64,000 nt of DNA from Octopus vulgaris (GCA_951406725.2 OX597818.1:127906001-127970000), one strand, 5' to 3'; counted from the first letter of the stretch, positions 24,530-38,260 are shown. Notes: generated by a model from the sequence alone, not told the origin. Made by a program: numbers and translations.

Positions 24530-26110
24530 CTGAAGATGAGATAGACACAAACTCAGCTGCTGGCCCCGATGGATTTCCAGCAACCCTTCTCAAATCATGC
24601 ACATGAGCCCTTGCAAAACTACTTCAGTGTCTTTTTCAGAGCTTCTTTACAAGTGGCAAACTCTCAGGCAAATTGAAGGAGAGAATAATGTGTCCTATTC
24701 ATTAAGACAAGAAGCTAAAAATTCTAGGCCTATCTCTTTGATCTTACACATCAGTAATCATAGAATGAATAGTTTAAAGGAAATTAATCGCATTCCTTTA
24801 AGAGAATTATTTCCACAGGGCACTGTCTTAGGACCACTGCTATTCATACTGGTCCTCTCAGACATGCTCTCAGCTGCTCAGATAGCCACCTTTGCTAGCT
24901 ATGCAGAAGACACAAAAGTCTTTCAGAGGATACAGAACCCTGGAGATATTGCGCACCTGCAACAGGATGCAGTATACAGCTGTGCTGAGAACACTAACAT
25001 GCAGTTTAATACTGGAAAATTCCAAGCCCTATGCTACCAGCACATGAAGTTAAATGAAATGCACACAGGACACTTAAGTCCAAAAGGGATTGCAATCCCT
25101 GAATCAAATCAGTGAGTGACCTGGGCATTGACATGTGTAACGATGCATCTTTCCAGGTGTATATTACTAAGTTGACAATAAAATGCAGACGACTGGTAGA
25201 ATGGATCCTTGGAACTTTTAGAACAAGAGAACCATGATGGTCCTCTGGAGGACATTTGTCCTCAGCTACTTAGACTACTGCTCTCAACTATGGTCACCAC
25301 ACTGTAAAATTAATGGTGGAACTCAAAGCAATCCAGTGAAGCTACACAACGATCATCTTATTGTAACATGTCAGCTACTGGGAAAGGCTGAAAAAGTTAA
25401 GACTCTACTCCCTAGAATGAAGGCGAGAAAGATATTTTGTGTTATACATCTGGAAAATCCTGGAAGAACTTAAACCAAACTTTGGCACTGAAAGTAACAC
25501 AAACAAGAGAACAGGGTGCCACTGCATTGTGCCAAAGATCCCAACATCACCATTAAAATACAGGACCAGATACTGCAACAGCTTAGGCTTCAAGGACCTG
25601 CAGCTCTTCATTATCCTCCAAAAAAGCTTGAGAGACCTGCATGAGGTGTAAAAATAGGAGGAATTTCAACCGTTTTTCGTGGTCTGCTACCACAACAGTT
25701 CCTTTATAGGATCCAGTTAGCTCAAGACATCATCAGGAGGAACCACGTTCGGTTTCAGCCCCTACTCCTCTACCGTTTTGATGTGGCGGGGGAGTAGGGG
25801 CCGAAACGTCAGCCTTACAGTTCATTTAGCATGTAAGGCATTTGTTATTCATTGTTGTGTGTGTGACCTATATAGTAGGTACATAAACAGGAGAAATAGG
25901 TGAATTTGTGTCTTCAAAACAAAACTGGATCTCCTCCTGTCAAGAGCTCCAGATGAGCCTACATCACAACAGAAAGCACAGATGAGGGAAGTAGCATCAA
26001 ACTCCCTCATTCACCAAACGCCACCTATCAGATGAGCTTTCAAGTAGTGAAAGTGTAGCAAAGTTAATGATGATGCCCCATCATAGCTGCAGGTCTCTAA
26101 CTGAAACTAG
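24530..26110 (+). mobile_element. Decayed CR1-like LINE with internal deletions, interrupted at about 25650-25905
   Basis: AAGPDGFP, PQGTVLGPLLF, YAED (from YADD) and LDYCSQLWSP in shifting frames. Tail ends ...ctgaaactag. Confidence 0.85.
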
Positions 26111-28232
26111 TCATGTGTAAATTTTGGGTATAAGTCAATTAGTGTGTTGATGTGTTGAGTAAAGCACTAGCAAAGTTTAGGCTACCTGGTGTCATCCACA
26201 GTTGGGGTATATTTCCTTTGGATATACTTCAGGAATTACGCAGTGTTAGTTGAGATAAAGACTAATACCAAATCCATCTTCTGTTTCCTTAATCAATTAT
26301 TGTGTGTGTGTATACACTCACACACAACAGACTTTTTTTTGGTCTTAGCTAGGTTAAATTTAAGGCCCTTTGATTTCAGGTTTTGCTTCTATACCTGGAA
26401 TTTCTTCTCCAATTATGCTACAGATTCTGTAATAAGAGTGAGGTTATCAGCATATAGTTGTTCCCACAGGCATCCAGTTTTGAATTCTTATGTTTACCAT
26501 ACTACATGTTTCATGGTTTGTTTCTTTTGTATCCATCTCTCCATTCTTCTTAAGCTCTTTGATAAGTCACAATTGCATCACCTTGTTTTATAAAATCTAA
26601 TAAATTTCATTTTTGTATGTTATCTCAGTTCAGTTTGAGTTTATTTATTATGTTCCAGTCAGATGAAAGTAGAAGACCTGCTTCATTTCATGTTTTATAA
26701 CCCTCTGTCAGCCATGACCCTCCTGTGTTTTTGCACATCTATGAGTACATTATCCAATATATCTATATATTTATCCTTTTCTTAGAAGATAAGGTATGAT
26801 TTGAGGAAATGTGGCTTTTGTTTTTTAACTAGTAAAGTGAGTGTGTAGGGCATCATTTGTTGGCTCTTCATACAAAGTGAATTGATCTTGTTATACCTAT
26901 TGGTAGAATGCCATGTACAATTTTTCATTACAAACCAACAACTAAAATTAAAATATATATTAACAAATGCATAGATTTGTTTTTAATATTCCCTTCAAAT
27001 TATGTGCTCTGAACATAATTTCTGAAATATCTGGGACAAGTACCTAAGTACAGATTTTGGTTGAAATTGGATACCAATTATTCAAATGAGTTGTAAACCA
27101 TTCTAGAAATTGTCTACTCAACTCATAGGAGTTGTTCCAAAAGTTGGCATAACTTTATTATTAGCTGAATTAGGTTGTTCAAATTGCATATGTTGTTTGA
27201 GCAATTCTTCCTCTATACAACGGTATAAATCAACACAGTCTTCATCAGAAGTGATGCATTTGTGCCATCATTAAACCCTATTTTCAAATTCTCTCTGAAA
27301 AATTCAAGTGTGCACTGTTGTACTCACTTCTTCATGGCAACTTTCACCTTTTCTGTGTCATCAATCTGGTGTATAGTGAAACTGTACACCTCTCCTGATA
27401 AAAAGTGGTAGGAGACAGCTATTATAAATAGCTGGTCAACACAAGGAGAGAAGGTCGAGAGTATGTGTAGACTGTGTTGATAGTCATGTCATGTCTGTGA
27501 TGATATAGTAATTATACTGTGATACTGACTGGGCGTTATAACACTCCAACCTTTTGAGGATAATAACACTGAATGACTGGGGGTCATACAGTGCCAGATA
27601 GAACCATTCTATTGACAACTTTGGAATATAACAATATCTTTCAGAGCGACAACTGTCATCAAAAGACAGATACAACAGTGGCTAAAGACCGCTTTACAAC
27701 ACAATCGCAGTCTCTAACAATTCTTCTTCTTTGGACTGAACAGCTGGAAGTCAAAGAACATCAAAGGTAAACTGTACGGTAGACAGGCATCACTAATCAG
27801 CTCAGTTGGCTGATTACCTGTTTTGTTGCCAAAGATATGTGAAATCATGCATGTCATAGTGAATGTGGATTATTAGCAGATTCTTTTGCAATCTCTTCCT
27901 TCTAATGGCTTCTCTGAAATCTTTTACTGTCTTAGTGTGCCACTCACTGTTCATGGTACAGCCATGGAACAGAAAACTAAAGGGAATGAGACTCTTGTCA
28001 TACCTAATAGTTTATGTCAATTACTGGCTCTTGAAATTCTTAGTTGTTGGAGAGAAGATATGATATCATTTCATGGACTGAGACTTTGTTTCCAGAACAT
28101 AAGGATACACCTACATTTTGTCCTCTGTCACCAGATAGGAGAAAAAGAATTATGTCTTCATTAGCTTCCAACAATCCCAACACTTCAGAACAGACTTCCA
28201 CAGTTCTCTCCTTCAAATCAGGCACAAACTGC

Positions 28233-28474
28233 ACACATAAAAGCACCATCCATTCGTGGCCGTTTGCCAGCACCGTCTGGCACCTGTGCGGGTGGCATGT
28301 AAAAAGCACCCACTACACTCGCGGAGTGGTTGGCATTAGGAAGGGCATCCAGCCATAGAAACACTGCCAGATCAGACTGGGCCTGATGCAGCCTTCTGGC
28401 TTCACAGACCCCAGTTGAACCGTCCAACCCATGCTAGCATGGAAAACAGACGCTAAATGATGATGATGATGATG
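28233..28474 (+). mobile_element. 5'-truncated 3' tail of the RTE LINE
   Basis: Matches 1571-1818, including the (GAT)n tail. Confidence 0.88.
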
Positions 28475-28670
28475 TTCCAATACCCCAAATCTTCCACTAT
28501 CTTCTGTAATGCATTATGACAACAGTCCAGTTATGCAGAAAGCTCACAGATTGTGATTCGTCTATGCATGCACATTAATTTGTCTACAAGATGGCAATTT
28601 GCAGAGTGGTCGTGCTTGATGGTCTACAATTCTGTGGTTCATCTTCAATGTTGGTTTAACCCTTGTTTAA

Positions 28671-28891
28671 CCCTTTAGCATCTAAACCGGCCATATCCGG
28701 CCAAAAGTATTCTGCCTGTTTTATGTTCAAACTAACCCTATCTGGTCTCTCACACCAACCCTACAATATCGTTTTAAAAATTAACAGCTACCTCATTAAA
28801 ATCTCAAAGCCACAAGATAATGCATGATTAGTTCAAAACAATGTGGATAATAAAGGAATAATTTTGGCAGAATAATGTGAACAGTAAAGGG
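28671..28891. mobile_element. piggyBac-like MITE
   Basis: TTAA|CCCTTTA...TAAAGGG|TTAA. Relatives at 50630-50805 and, more diverged, near 5290-5528 and 11368-11623. Confidence 0.8.
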
Positions 28892-31587
28892 TTAAACTTC
28901 ATCCATATGTACACAATGCTCTTGTCAATGGTGTCATTTCTGTAATCAATGTGTAACAATGATGGTGATGATGTAATATGTGTGTGTGTGTGTGTGTGTT
29001 TTCATGGATGATAGGAAACAAAGGACACTATCGGCATGTCAGTGACATCATTTGCAATAATCACATGAAATCAAGATAAGGAGACACTGACACACACGCA
29101 CATATTCAACAGTATCAGCACCAAACAGTGTTTAGGTATGAGTGAAATTTAGGTTAATTAAAAAATGTTTGTGACATACTTCAACTTCTAACGACAAATT
29201 CAATGCAATTCTCTTTTATGGTAAAAGGTGTAAACACACCATATCTGCCCAGTGTTGCCTGTTTCTAGTTCTTAAGCTGTTATCCAAGGAGAAATACGGA
29301 AAAGAAATAACTCTGGGAAGATTTAAAGTTGTAGCTTTAACTAAAACACAACAACATTGACTGAGCTGCACTTGACATTGACTGTCAAGTTGGAAGAAAT
29401 TCAACAGTATTAGAGCCAAACAGTGTTTAGGCATAAGTGAACTTAATTAAAATATGCAGTGAATTTGCCTTCAAAAGTTAAAATATGCCACAAACATATT
29501 TTAACTAACCTGCTTTAAGAGGTCTCATCCAACTCATGCCGGCCTGGGCAAAGTGAACATAAAAATAATCACAAAGAGGATAATGATAATGATGGGGAGG
29601 GTTTATGTAAATTAATATGGGATTAGTTTCAGTAATTTCATACATGCATCTATGGAGTACATTTATCAAAATTAGTCACAGATGTGTACTACTAACCTAG
29701 ACACTATTGACAATGTCAAATGAAAAGCTAAGCAAATCATTAGTAGTTTAGTAACTTGTAACTCCGAAGAGGAAGTAGAGAATATATCTCATAGCATTAG
29801 CAGTCTTCATGTTGTTGTTAGGGGGAAAAAAATAGCGAATTAACCAATTTAATGGTTGGAAAAAATATATTAAAACAAAAAAAAGGAAAAAGAAATTAGC
29901 CATACTCTTTACTCTCTTTTACTCTTTTACTTGTTTCAGTCATTTGACTGCGGCCATGCTGGAGCACTGCCTTTAGTCAAGCAGCTCGACCCCGGGACTT
30001 ATTCTTTGTAAGCCCAGTACTTATTCTATTGGTCTCTTTTTGCCGAACCGCTAAGTGACGGGGACGTAAACACACCAGCATTGGTTGTCAAGCAATGCTA
30101 GGGGAACAAACACAGACACACAAACACACACACATACATATATATATATACATATATACGACAGGCTTCTTTCAGTTTCCGTCTACCAAATCCACTCACA
30201 AGGCATTGGTCGGCCCGGGGCTATAGCAGAAGACACTTGCCCAAGATGCCACGCAGTGGGACTGAACCCGGAACCATGTGGTTGGTTAGCAAGCTACTTA
30301 CCACACAGCCACTCCTGCGCATAGTATGAATTTCTTTTTTTTTTTTTAATATTTATCAAATTTAAGGCAGGGAGCTGGCAGAATCATGAGCAAGTTATGC
30401 AAAATGCTTAGTGGCATTTCATCCATTTTTATGTTCTAAGTTCAAATTCCACTGAGGTCGACCTTGCCTTTCATCCTTTCAGGGTTAATCAAGTTAGTAC
30501 CAGTTGAGCACTGGAGTCGATGTAATTAACTAACCCACTCTTCCGAAATTTCTGGCCTTTTACTAATATTTATCAAATTTACTCACCAATGGTCATTACA
30601 ATATATATTCTTTTACAGGTTTCTGACATTGGACTGCTGGGATACCAGCTTCAAGTGGTTTAATTGAGCACACCAAACCCAGTATTTCAGTCCGGTACTT
30701 ACTTTAGTGATATACTTTTATGGACTGACCAAGTTATTTTCTTGACAAGATATAAACATATCCACAACTGAATGCAAATAAAACGTATCTACAAAAATAC
30801 ATACCCATAAATACAAATACACACACACACACGTATATGGCCTTGTGGTTAGGGCGTTGAACCCATGATAGAGAGATCAATACCTAGGCCAAGTGGTGTA
30901 TTGTGTTCTTGAGCAAAACACTTCATCTCACGTTGTTCTGTGATCACGTGGCACATGGTACACCATGCACTTGTTCAGGCAACATCGATTTGAAGGAAGA
31001 AGTGAGCTAATGTGCAGTATGAACATTTGATTGCTATAAACAATTCATTTGTGTAGGTCATTCAGCAAAATCTGAATGCTTATATGTCATCTTCAACGGT
31101 AGAGTCCATCATGTGTGTGTGTGGGTATGTACATTTTGAGCCTATGCTCTTTAACAGAAAGGAACACAAAGAAATAAACAGAGAATAATAATATATATAT
31201 ACTTAGATTTAAAGCAACATATATATATAAACAATTGACTGAAAAATGATGAGCTAACTCAGGCCAGAATCTTACCCACAAATCAACACTTACATGGACT
31301 GTTAAAGTATATATTCATAAAATTTGGCTGAAATTGATGAGTGAGTGTTTGGCCCAATTGGATGCACAAGGAGCCATGTAAGCATTGATTTGTGGGTTTG
31401 ATTCACAGATCTGTGAACTCTACGTATGTACATGCATATATCTTTTGTATTATGTAAAAGGGTAAAATCTCTTTATATATGTATAGTTAATCCAAATATG
31501 AAAACACAAAGAGAAAACACAACAATGCGAGGATGTGGAACAAGTATAGTAATATTGGACGCTCAGGAAAGGAAAGAAAGAAGGAGG

Positions 31588-31621
31588 ATTTAACGTTTCG
31601 AGCGGAGCTCTTCGTCAGAAA
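31588..31621 (-). ncRNA. Minimal hammerhead ribozyme motif (Penelope-type)
   Basis: Reverse complement: UUU-CUGACGA-A-GAGC-UCC-GCUC-GAAACGUU-AAA. Stem III is the loopless palindrome ACGU. Confidence 0.7.
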
Positions 31622-31935
31622 CATAGAAAAAGGAAAGATCCAAGAAAGGGAAGATGGAGGGAAAAAAATCGCCAATGATACACATGTGTTCACATGCGTA
31701 TATATGTATGTATTCAATATTATCTGGGTAATAACCTCATAGTGTGCATTTAAAAGATCCTATATAGTTATCAGTTACCATATATCATCACATAGCAAGG
31801 TTATTCATGTTATTGGACATACAAGTGGAAGGAACTCCATGGAGTATATACAGAATTTATATAAAAATTAATACAGCTAGAAGACAGAACGAACAGGCTC
31901 TAATTACAAAACACAAGAATTGTATTTGTGTAATG

Positions 31936-32154
31936 CAGTGCTTTTCAAACTTTTTACTGGAGCGGAACCCCAAGGAAACATTCCACTGGCTCGAGGAACC
32001 CTTGTGCAATAATTTAATAGTTTTATGCACACATATCTGCACAGGAGAATTAAAAATTACTGCCGATTTTAGCAGCTTTGTAACTTCCTGCTGAACCCCT
32101 GGACTGTACTGGCGGAACCCTAAGGTTCCGTGGAACACTGGTTGAAAACCACTG
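31936..32154. mobile_element. hAT-type MITE
   Basis: TIRs CAGTGCTTTTCAA / TTGAAAACCACTG and a perfect 8-bp TSD GTGTAATG (31928-31935, 32155-32162). Confidence 0.9.
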
Positions 32155-32162
32155 GTGTAATG

Positions 32163-32865
32163 ATAACAGTTGTTAGTTCCTGAGATTTCCTTATCATACG
32201 ATTACATAAATTATTTAGTAAATAATTACGTAAATAAATATTAACAAGCAGCAGCATGTCATCAGTTGAGTGGTTGTGATAGCACTTTGATAGCAGTGCT
32301 ATCACAGCCACTACCCTGATGACATACTGGCACACTGATATCAAATTACTATCAAATTACTATAAAGGCGGCGAGCAGGCAGAAACGTTAGCACGCCGGG
32401 CGAAATGCGTAGCCGTATTTCGTCTGTCGTTAGGTTGTGAGTTCAAATTCCGCCGAGGTCGACTTTGCCTTTCATCCTTTCGGGGTCGATAAATAAAGTA
32501 CCAGTTACGCACTGGGGTCGATGTAATTGACTTAATCCCTTTGTTTGTCCTTGTTTGTCCCCTCTATGTCTAGCCCCTTGTGGGCAATAAAGAAATAGAT
32601 ATCAAATTACTATCAAAGCCAATCACCTGATGATATGCCAGGACACGGTTGCCGTTGGCTCATTTATTTATGCAATTATCTATAAAATAATTATGTAATA
32701 GTATGATATGGAAAACACACTGCTATCAAAGTGATATCAAAACCACTGACCTGGTGGTCTTCTGGTACACAACTGCTGCTGGATTATATTTTATTAATGT
32801 AATTATTTATAAAATAATTTATGCAGTAGTATGATATGGAAAACTCAGCAACTAACAGCTGTTAC
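32163..32865. mobile_element. Diverged foldback element (about 90-bp TIRs) containing a young SINE A (32365-32598) with TSD atcaaattactat
   Basis: taacagttgttagtt...gcagcagc pairs with gctgctg...aactaacagctgtta. Confidence 0.65.
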
Positions 32866-33023
32866 CACTGCACAGAAACTATTGTTATCTATCTATCTGT
32901 CTGGCTGTCTGTCTGTGTGTCTGTCTAACTGTCTGTCTGACTGTCTGTTTGCCTATCTGTTTATCTATCTATCTATCTATCCAAATACATAAATATATAT
33001 TTGCACATATGTATGTATGTATG

Positions 33024-33055
<32 letters not shown>

Positions 33056-33978
33056 CATGTGTGTATGTATGTGTGAGTATGTATTTACATATGTATGTAT
33101 GTATGTATATATGTATGTATGTATGTGTGTATGTATGTATGTGTGTATGTATGTGTGTATGTATGTATGTATGTATGTATGTATGTATGTATGTTTATAT
33201 GCACATGTGTGCATGCGTGTGTGTGTGTGTGTGTGTGTTCAGTGAGTTGTAATGTGGGAGTCATTGAAAGAGAAATCTGAAATTCTATTTGTTATAAGTA
33301 CATCATCAAAAGACATCTCAATGAAGCAGTTGGCCTGATTAAAACTCCATGGGAAAAGACAACTGATCACAAACAATAGCAGAAGTGTAAATAGAAGAAA
33401 TGTTGCAGAGTCAAACTGGGTGAAACAATAAGAAAAGAGGGAAGAGAGAAGAAGAAAAGAGAGAAGAGGCCAGAAGGTTGAAGAAAGATCTTCTACACTA
33501 CAATGACCTATAGTATTCTGCATAGTGTTTATGCTCGACCTAAATGAATGTTACTACTGCCCAGGTGGTGTTTGTATATGTATATATATGTATATATATC
33601 AGAAATATTAAATTTCTAAATATCTCATAGAGATATGTACGGTGGTGGGGGCGATAGAATGGTTGTATACTGTCAATATAACGTGAACGTGACAGTAGGG
33701 GATTACACCACAGTTGTTTAGCCCTAGGAAGCATCGACGCTTCCTGATGGCTTTAACACATTCTTTTTCCTGTGTCCTTATATATTTCTTAAAAATGAAA
33801 AAATAGATTACTCTTTACTTGTTTCAGTCATGTGCACGTGCACACATGCACACACACACACACACAGTATTCTGTAATACCAGTATTTTTGGCTATACAA
33901 GTAGCTTTGCTTTCAATTTCACAGAAGAACAAAATATTATTTATGATGTTCACCTACCATATTATGAAAAAAATAAGA

Positions 33979-34066
<88 letters not shown>

Positions 34067-34264
34067 GTATGTATGTATAATAATATATCATAATAATAAT
34101 ATATATAGCTGGAATTTACAGAAAAACAAAAGACAAAGATGGGTGTATAAACAACAAACAGGTGTATTAGCTTAACACTTGGGAAGGTGAGAAAGACTTT
34201 TACATTTTGAGCCTACACTCTTCAACAGAAAGGAACACAAAGAAATAAACAGAGAGTAATAATA

Positions 34265-34535
34265 TATATATAAAGCAACATATATATATATAAACAATTG
34301 ACTGAAAAATTATGAGCTAACCCAGGCCAGAATCTTACCCACAAATCAACACTTACATGGACTGTTAAAGTATATATTCATAAAATTTAGCTGAAATTGA
34401 TGAGTGAGTGTTTGGCCCAATTAGATGCACAAGGAGCCATGTAAGCATTGATTTGTGGGTTTGATTCTGGCCTGTGTTAGCTCATCATTTTTCAGTCAAT
34501 GGTTTATATATAAATGTCACTTTAAATCAGAGTAT
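34265..34535. mobile_element. MITE-like inverted-repeat element in TA-rich DNA
   Basis: 34295-34360 is the reverse complement of 34437-34500. A partial copy lies at 31200-31405. Confidence 0.7.
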
Positions 34536-34634
34536 ATATATTATTATGATATATTATTATACAGTTATTATTTGTGCTAATGGACTTCCATAGTTGTTCT
34601 ATTTCCGTAACTTAGAAAGCCTTCTAGTTTGTTT

Positions 34635-34670
<36 letters not shown>

Positions 34671-35159
34671 AATTAACAAATGAAATAAAACATATGCATA
34701 TATACATACATATATGTAGGTACCTACCTCTACATGTATATATACGTGCATATATGGGTACAGGACACAAAAACAAAACGTCGAACGCAATGAGAAATGA
34801 AAACAAACACAAAACCAAGGAAATAGACATTTTTCTTAAAAAACGTAAAGATAGATATGCATATGTAATGGCGGTGCCCCAGCATGGCCACAGCTCATAA
34901 GCTGAAACTAGAATCAATCATCAATCAATCAATCATATACTTTGAATTATAAAAGGCAGCTAAAGCATGGAAGATGGAAAGAAGAGAGGAGAAGAAAAGG
35001 AAAGTATGACAACTGTGAGGAATATTAGTAAGGTAACTGAAACCATTCCTACTGAGAATTGAAACAAGGTCACTGGATCATTTACAGATTTTAATTGCTA
35101 AACAGAATTATGTACACACATGTACATCTCTATATACATTATATATAGAAATATAGACA

Positions 35160-36166
35160 TATAGTAAAAATTTTGCAGTACGCAACTTGTTATTCTCTTC
35201 AAGTGAACATTTTTCCAGTTGAAATACACTGAAAAATGGTGACACAGCAGTCAAAAATCGTAAAAAATAGGGATTTTTATAGAAAAAAAGAATCTTTTTG
35301 ATGTAAATAATTTTTGGTGTTAACATGGTCCGATTTGAATTTTATCTTCTACAAAATGAAGAGCAAGCCTTCTTCTATCATACTCTCGATTTTGGTCAAC
35401 TTGCGCTGCAGGGTCTCGAAGGAGATAGTGTTAGTTGAAGGCTACCAAACCTACCACACACAGACAACTTCAGTTTTACATATATAGATTTGCTACACAC
35501 TACTTTCCATCTTTAATAATGAAACTTGGTAGATCCAAAAGTTAAACACACAGACAGATACACAAGTTGAGTTTTATATATATAGATTTCTCAATGGGGA
35601 TTTCAGGGGAGAGTTTCAAGGAGTCGCTGGCGATGTATCGTGATGATCAAAAATCCGGCCTGCTAAAATTTGGTTAAAGTGATTCAAACTGCAGACTCAA
35701 CGCAAAATGGTTATATTTAATTCAAAACATTAAAAATGTTATGAAAACAATTGGTATGTGTTCACAAAGTCCAAACGAATAATACGAAAAAACCCTCCAG
35801 GCTACATCCCAAAAATTCATTTCTTTGCCGAATTTCTACAATGTTTACGGCAATTCGTTTTTATTTTTCATGCAATTTACGCATGCTTGCACGCGTGGTG
35901 AACACAGTTCACGTCAAACAGCTGACTGAGTAAAGTTCACTATTCAATGCATGCGATAAGGCCTAAACAAACACATTATCGATTTTTGTACTTGCAAGAT
36001 GAATTTCAGAACAGAAATAGCGCAGTTCAATTTTCATTCGCCTAAACTTTAAGTGACCCATTTTTGGTGGTTCTACGATTTGTTGGCTAGGAGGAGATAT
36101 GCCGGGAAGTTAAACACACAGAGATATACACACAGACACACAAGTTGAGTTTTATATATATATAGA
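35160..36166 (-). mobile_element. Cluster of Helitron-like non-autonomous elements
   Basis: Three 5'-type ends (reverse complement TCTATATAT..AAAACT..AG/ACTTGT.TGTG) near 35488, 35586 and 36166, similar to the element at 22526. Confidence 0.5.
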
Positions 36167-36188
36167 TATATATGTATGTGTATATATA

Positions 36189-38260
36189 TCATCATCATCA
36201 TCATCATCGTTTAGCGTCCGCTTTCCATGCTAGCATGGGTTGGACAGGTCAACTGGGGTCTGTGAAGCTGGAAGGCTTCGTCAGGCCCAGTCAGATCTGG
36301 CAGTGTTTCTACGGCTGGATGCCCTTCCTAACGCCAACCACTCCGCGAGTGTAGTGGGTGTTTTTTACGTGCCACCTGCACAGGTGCCAGACAGAGCTGG
36401 CGAACGGCCACGAACGGATGGTGCTTTTACGTGTCACCGGCACGGGGCCAGGCGATGCTGGCAACGGACACGAACGGATGGTGCTTTTACGTGCCACCGA
36501 CACGGGGCCAGACAGAGCTGGCAACCGGCCACGAACGGATGGTGCTTTTACGTGTCACCGGCACGGGGGCCAGCCGAGGCTGGCAACGGACACGAACGGA
36601 TGGTGCTTTTACGTGCCACAGACACGGGGCCAGACAGAGCTGGCAAACGGCCACGAACGGACGGTGCTTTTACGTGTCACCGGCACGGGGCCAGGTGAGG
36701 CTGGCAACGAACACGGACGGATCGACACGGGGCCAGGCAGAGCTGGCAAACGGCCACGAGCAAATGGTGCTTTTACGTATCACCAGCACGGGTGCCAGAC
36801 GAGGCTGACAGCGGACACGAGCGGATGGGTCACTTAACCCCTGCTTTCTGATATATGATTTGATTTTGATTGTTCTCACTGGTCTTGCCGGGTCTTCTCA
36901 CGCACAGCATACTTCCATAGGTCTCGGTCTCTGGTCATTTCCTTGGTGAGACCTAGAGTTCGAAGGTCGTGCTTCATCACCTCGACCCAGGTTTTCCTGG
37001 GTCTACCTCTTCCACAGGTCCCCTCAACTGCCAGGGTGTGGCACTTTTTCACACACCTATCTTCATCCATTCTCACCACATGACCATACCAGTGCAATCG
37101 TCTCTCTTGCACACAACATCTGATTCCTCTTAGATCCAACTTTTCTCTCAAGGTACTTACACTCTGTCGACTATGAACACTGACATTACACATCCAACGG
37201 AGCATACTAGCTTCATTTCTCGCGAGCTTACGCATGTCCTCAGCAGTCACGGCCCATGTTTCACTGCCATGTAGCATGGCTGTTCGTACACATGCATCAT
37301 ACAGTCTGCCTTTTACTCTGAGCGAGAGGCCTTTAGTCACCAACAGAGGTAAGAGCTCCCTAAACTTTGCCCAGGCTATTCTTACTCTAGCCGTTACACT
37401 TTCAGCACACCCAGCCCCACTACTGACTTGGTCACCAAGATAACGGAAGCTATCAACTACTTCTAGTTTTTCCCCCTGGAAAGTGACGGAAGTTGTTTTC
37501 TGCAGATTTTCAGAGGTTAATGCTCCCGAGCATCTGCCACATACAAAAACCATCTTCCTAGTTAGCCTTCCTATGACATTGCTGCACCTCTTATGTGTCC
37601 ATAGCTTACACTTGGTGCATCTTATAGAGTTTCTACCTACACCTTTTCTACAGATTGAGCAGGGCCATCTACCTGAAGGCGTTTGTGATTTGTCTACCTT
37701 CCTACTTATTAGGACTTTGGTTTTAGTTAGGTTGACTCTAAGGCCCTTCAATTCTAAACCATGCTTCCACACCTGAAACTTCTTCTCCAGTTCTGATAAT
37801 GACTCAGCAATTAGAGCAAGGTCATCAGCATAGAGGAGCTCCCAGGGGCATCCTGTCTTGAATTCCTCCGTTATTGCCTGGAGGACTATGATAAATAGGA
37901 GGGGGCTGAGGACTGAGCCTTTGTGGACCCCTACCTCTACCCGGAATTCTTCACTGTACTCATTTCCAACCCTCACCTTACTAGCAGCGTCCCTGTACAT
38001 GGCTTGCACAGCTCTCACTAACCATTCATCTATTCCTAGTTTCCTCATTGACCACCATATGAGGGATCGGGGGACCCTGTCGAAGGCTTTCTCCATGTCA
38101 ACAAAAGCCAGGTACAGGGCCTTATCTTTGGCTAGGTATTTCTCCTGCAGCTGCCTCACCAGGAATATAGCATCAGTGGTACTTTTCCCTGGCACGAAAC
38201 CAAACTGCATCTCATCTAAACTAACTCTCTCTCTAATTAGTTGGCTTATGACCCTCTCTG
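36189..38260 (-). mobile_element. 5'-truncated RTE LINE (RT+PHD ORF to 36876, 3' UTR with about 60-bp minisatellite, (GAT)n tail)
   Basis: Protein is closely similar to ORF 33-1205 (QG changed to KG in motif B). The true element starts at TERVISQLIR, and the ORF N-terminus is microsatellite. Confidence 0.93.

Larger units (their letters stand above)
27130..28900 (-). mobile_element. Highly decayed mariner/Tc1-like remnant(s) with later insertions
   Basis: Reverse complement near 27250 reads tggcacaaatgcatcacttctgat (WHKCITSD), like the mariner C-terminal WQKC motif. No intact ORF. Confidence 0.4.

Noticed and set aside
36350-36830. CRISPR-like regularly spaced repeats (also 44335-44800)
   Set aside because: The intervening segments are themselves repeated, there are no cas genes, and the array is part of a eukaryotic LINE 3' UTR.
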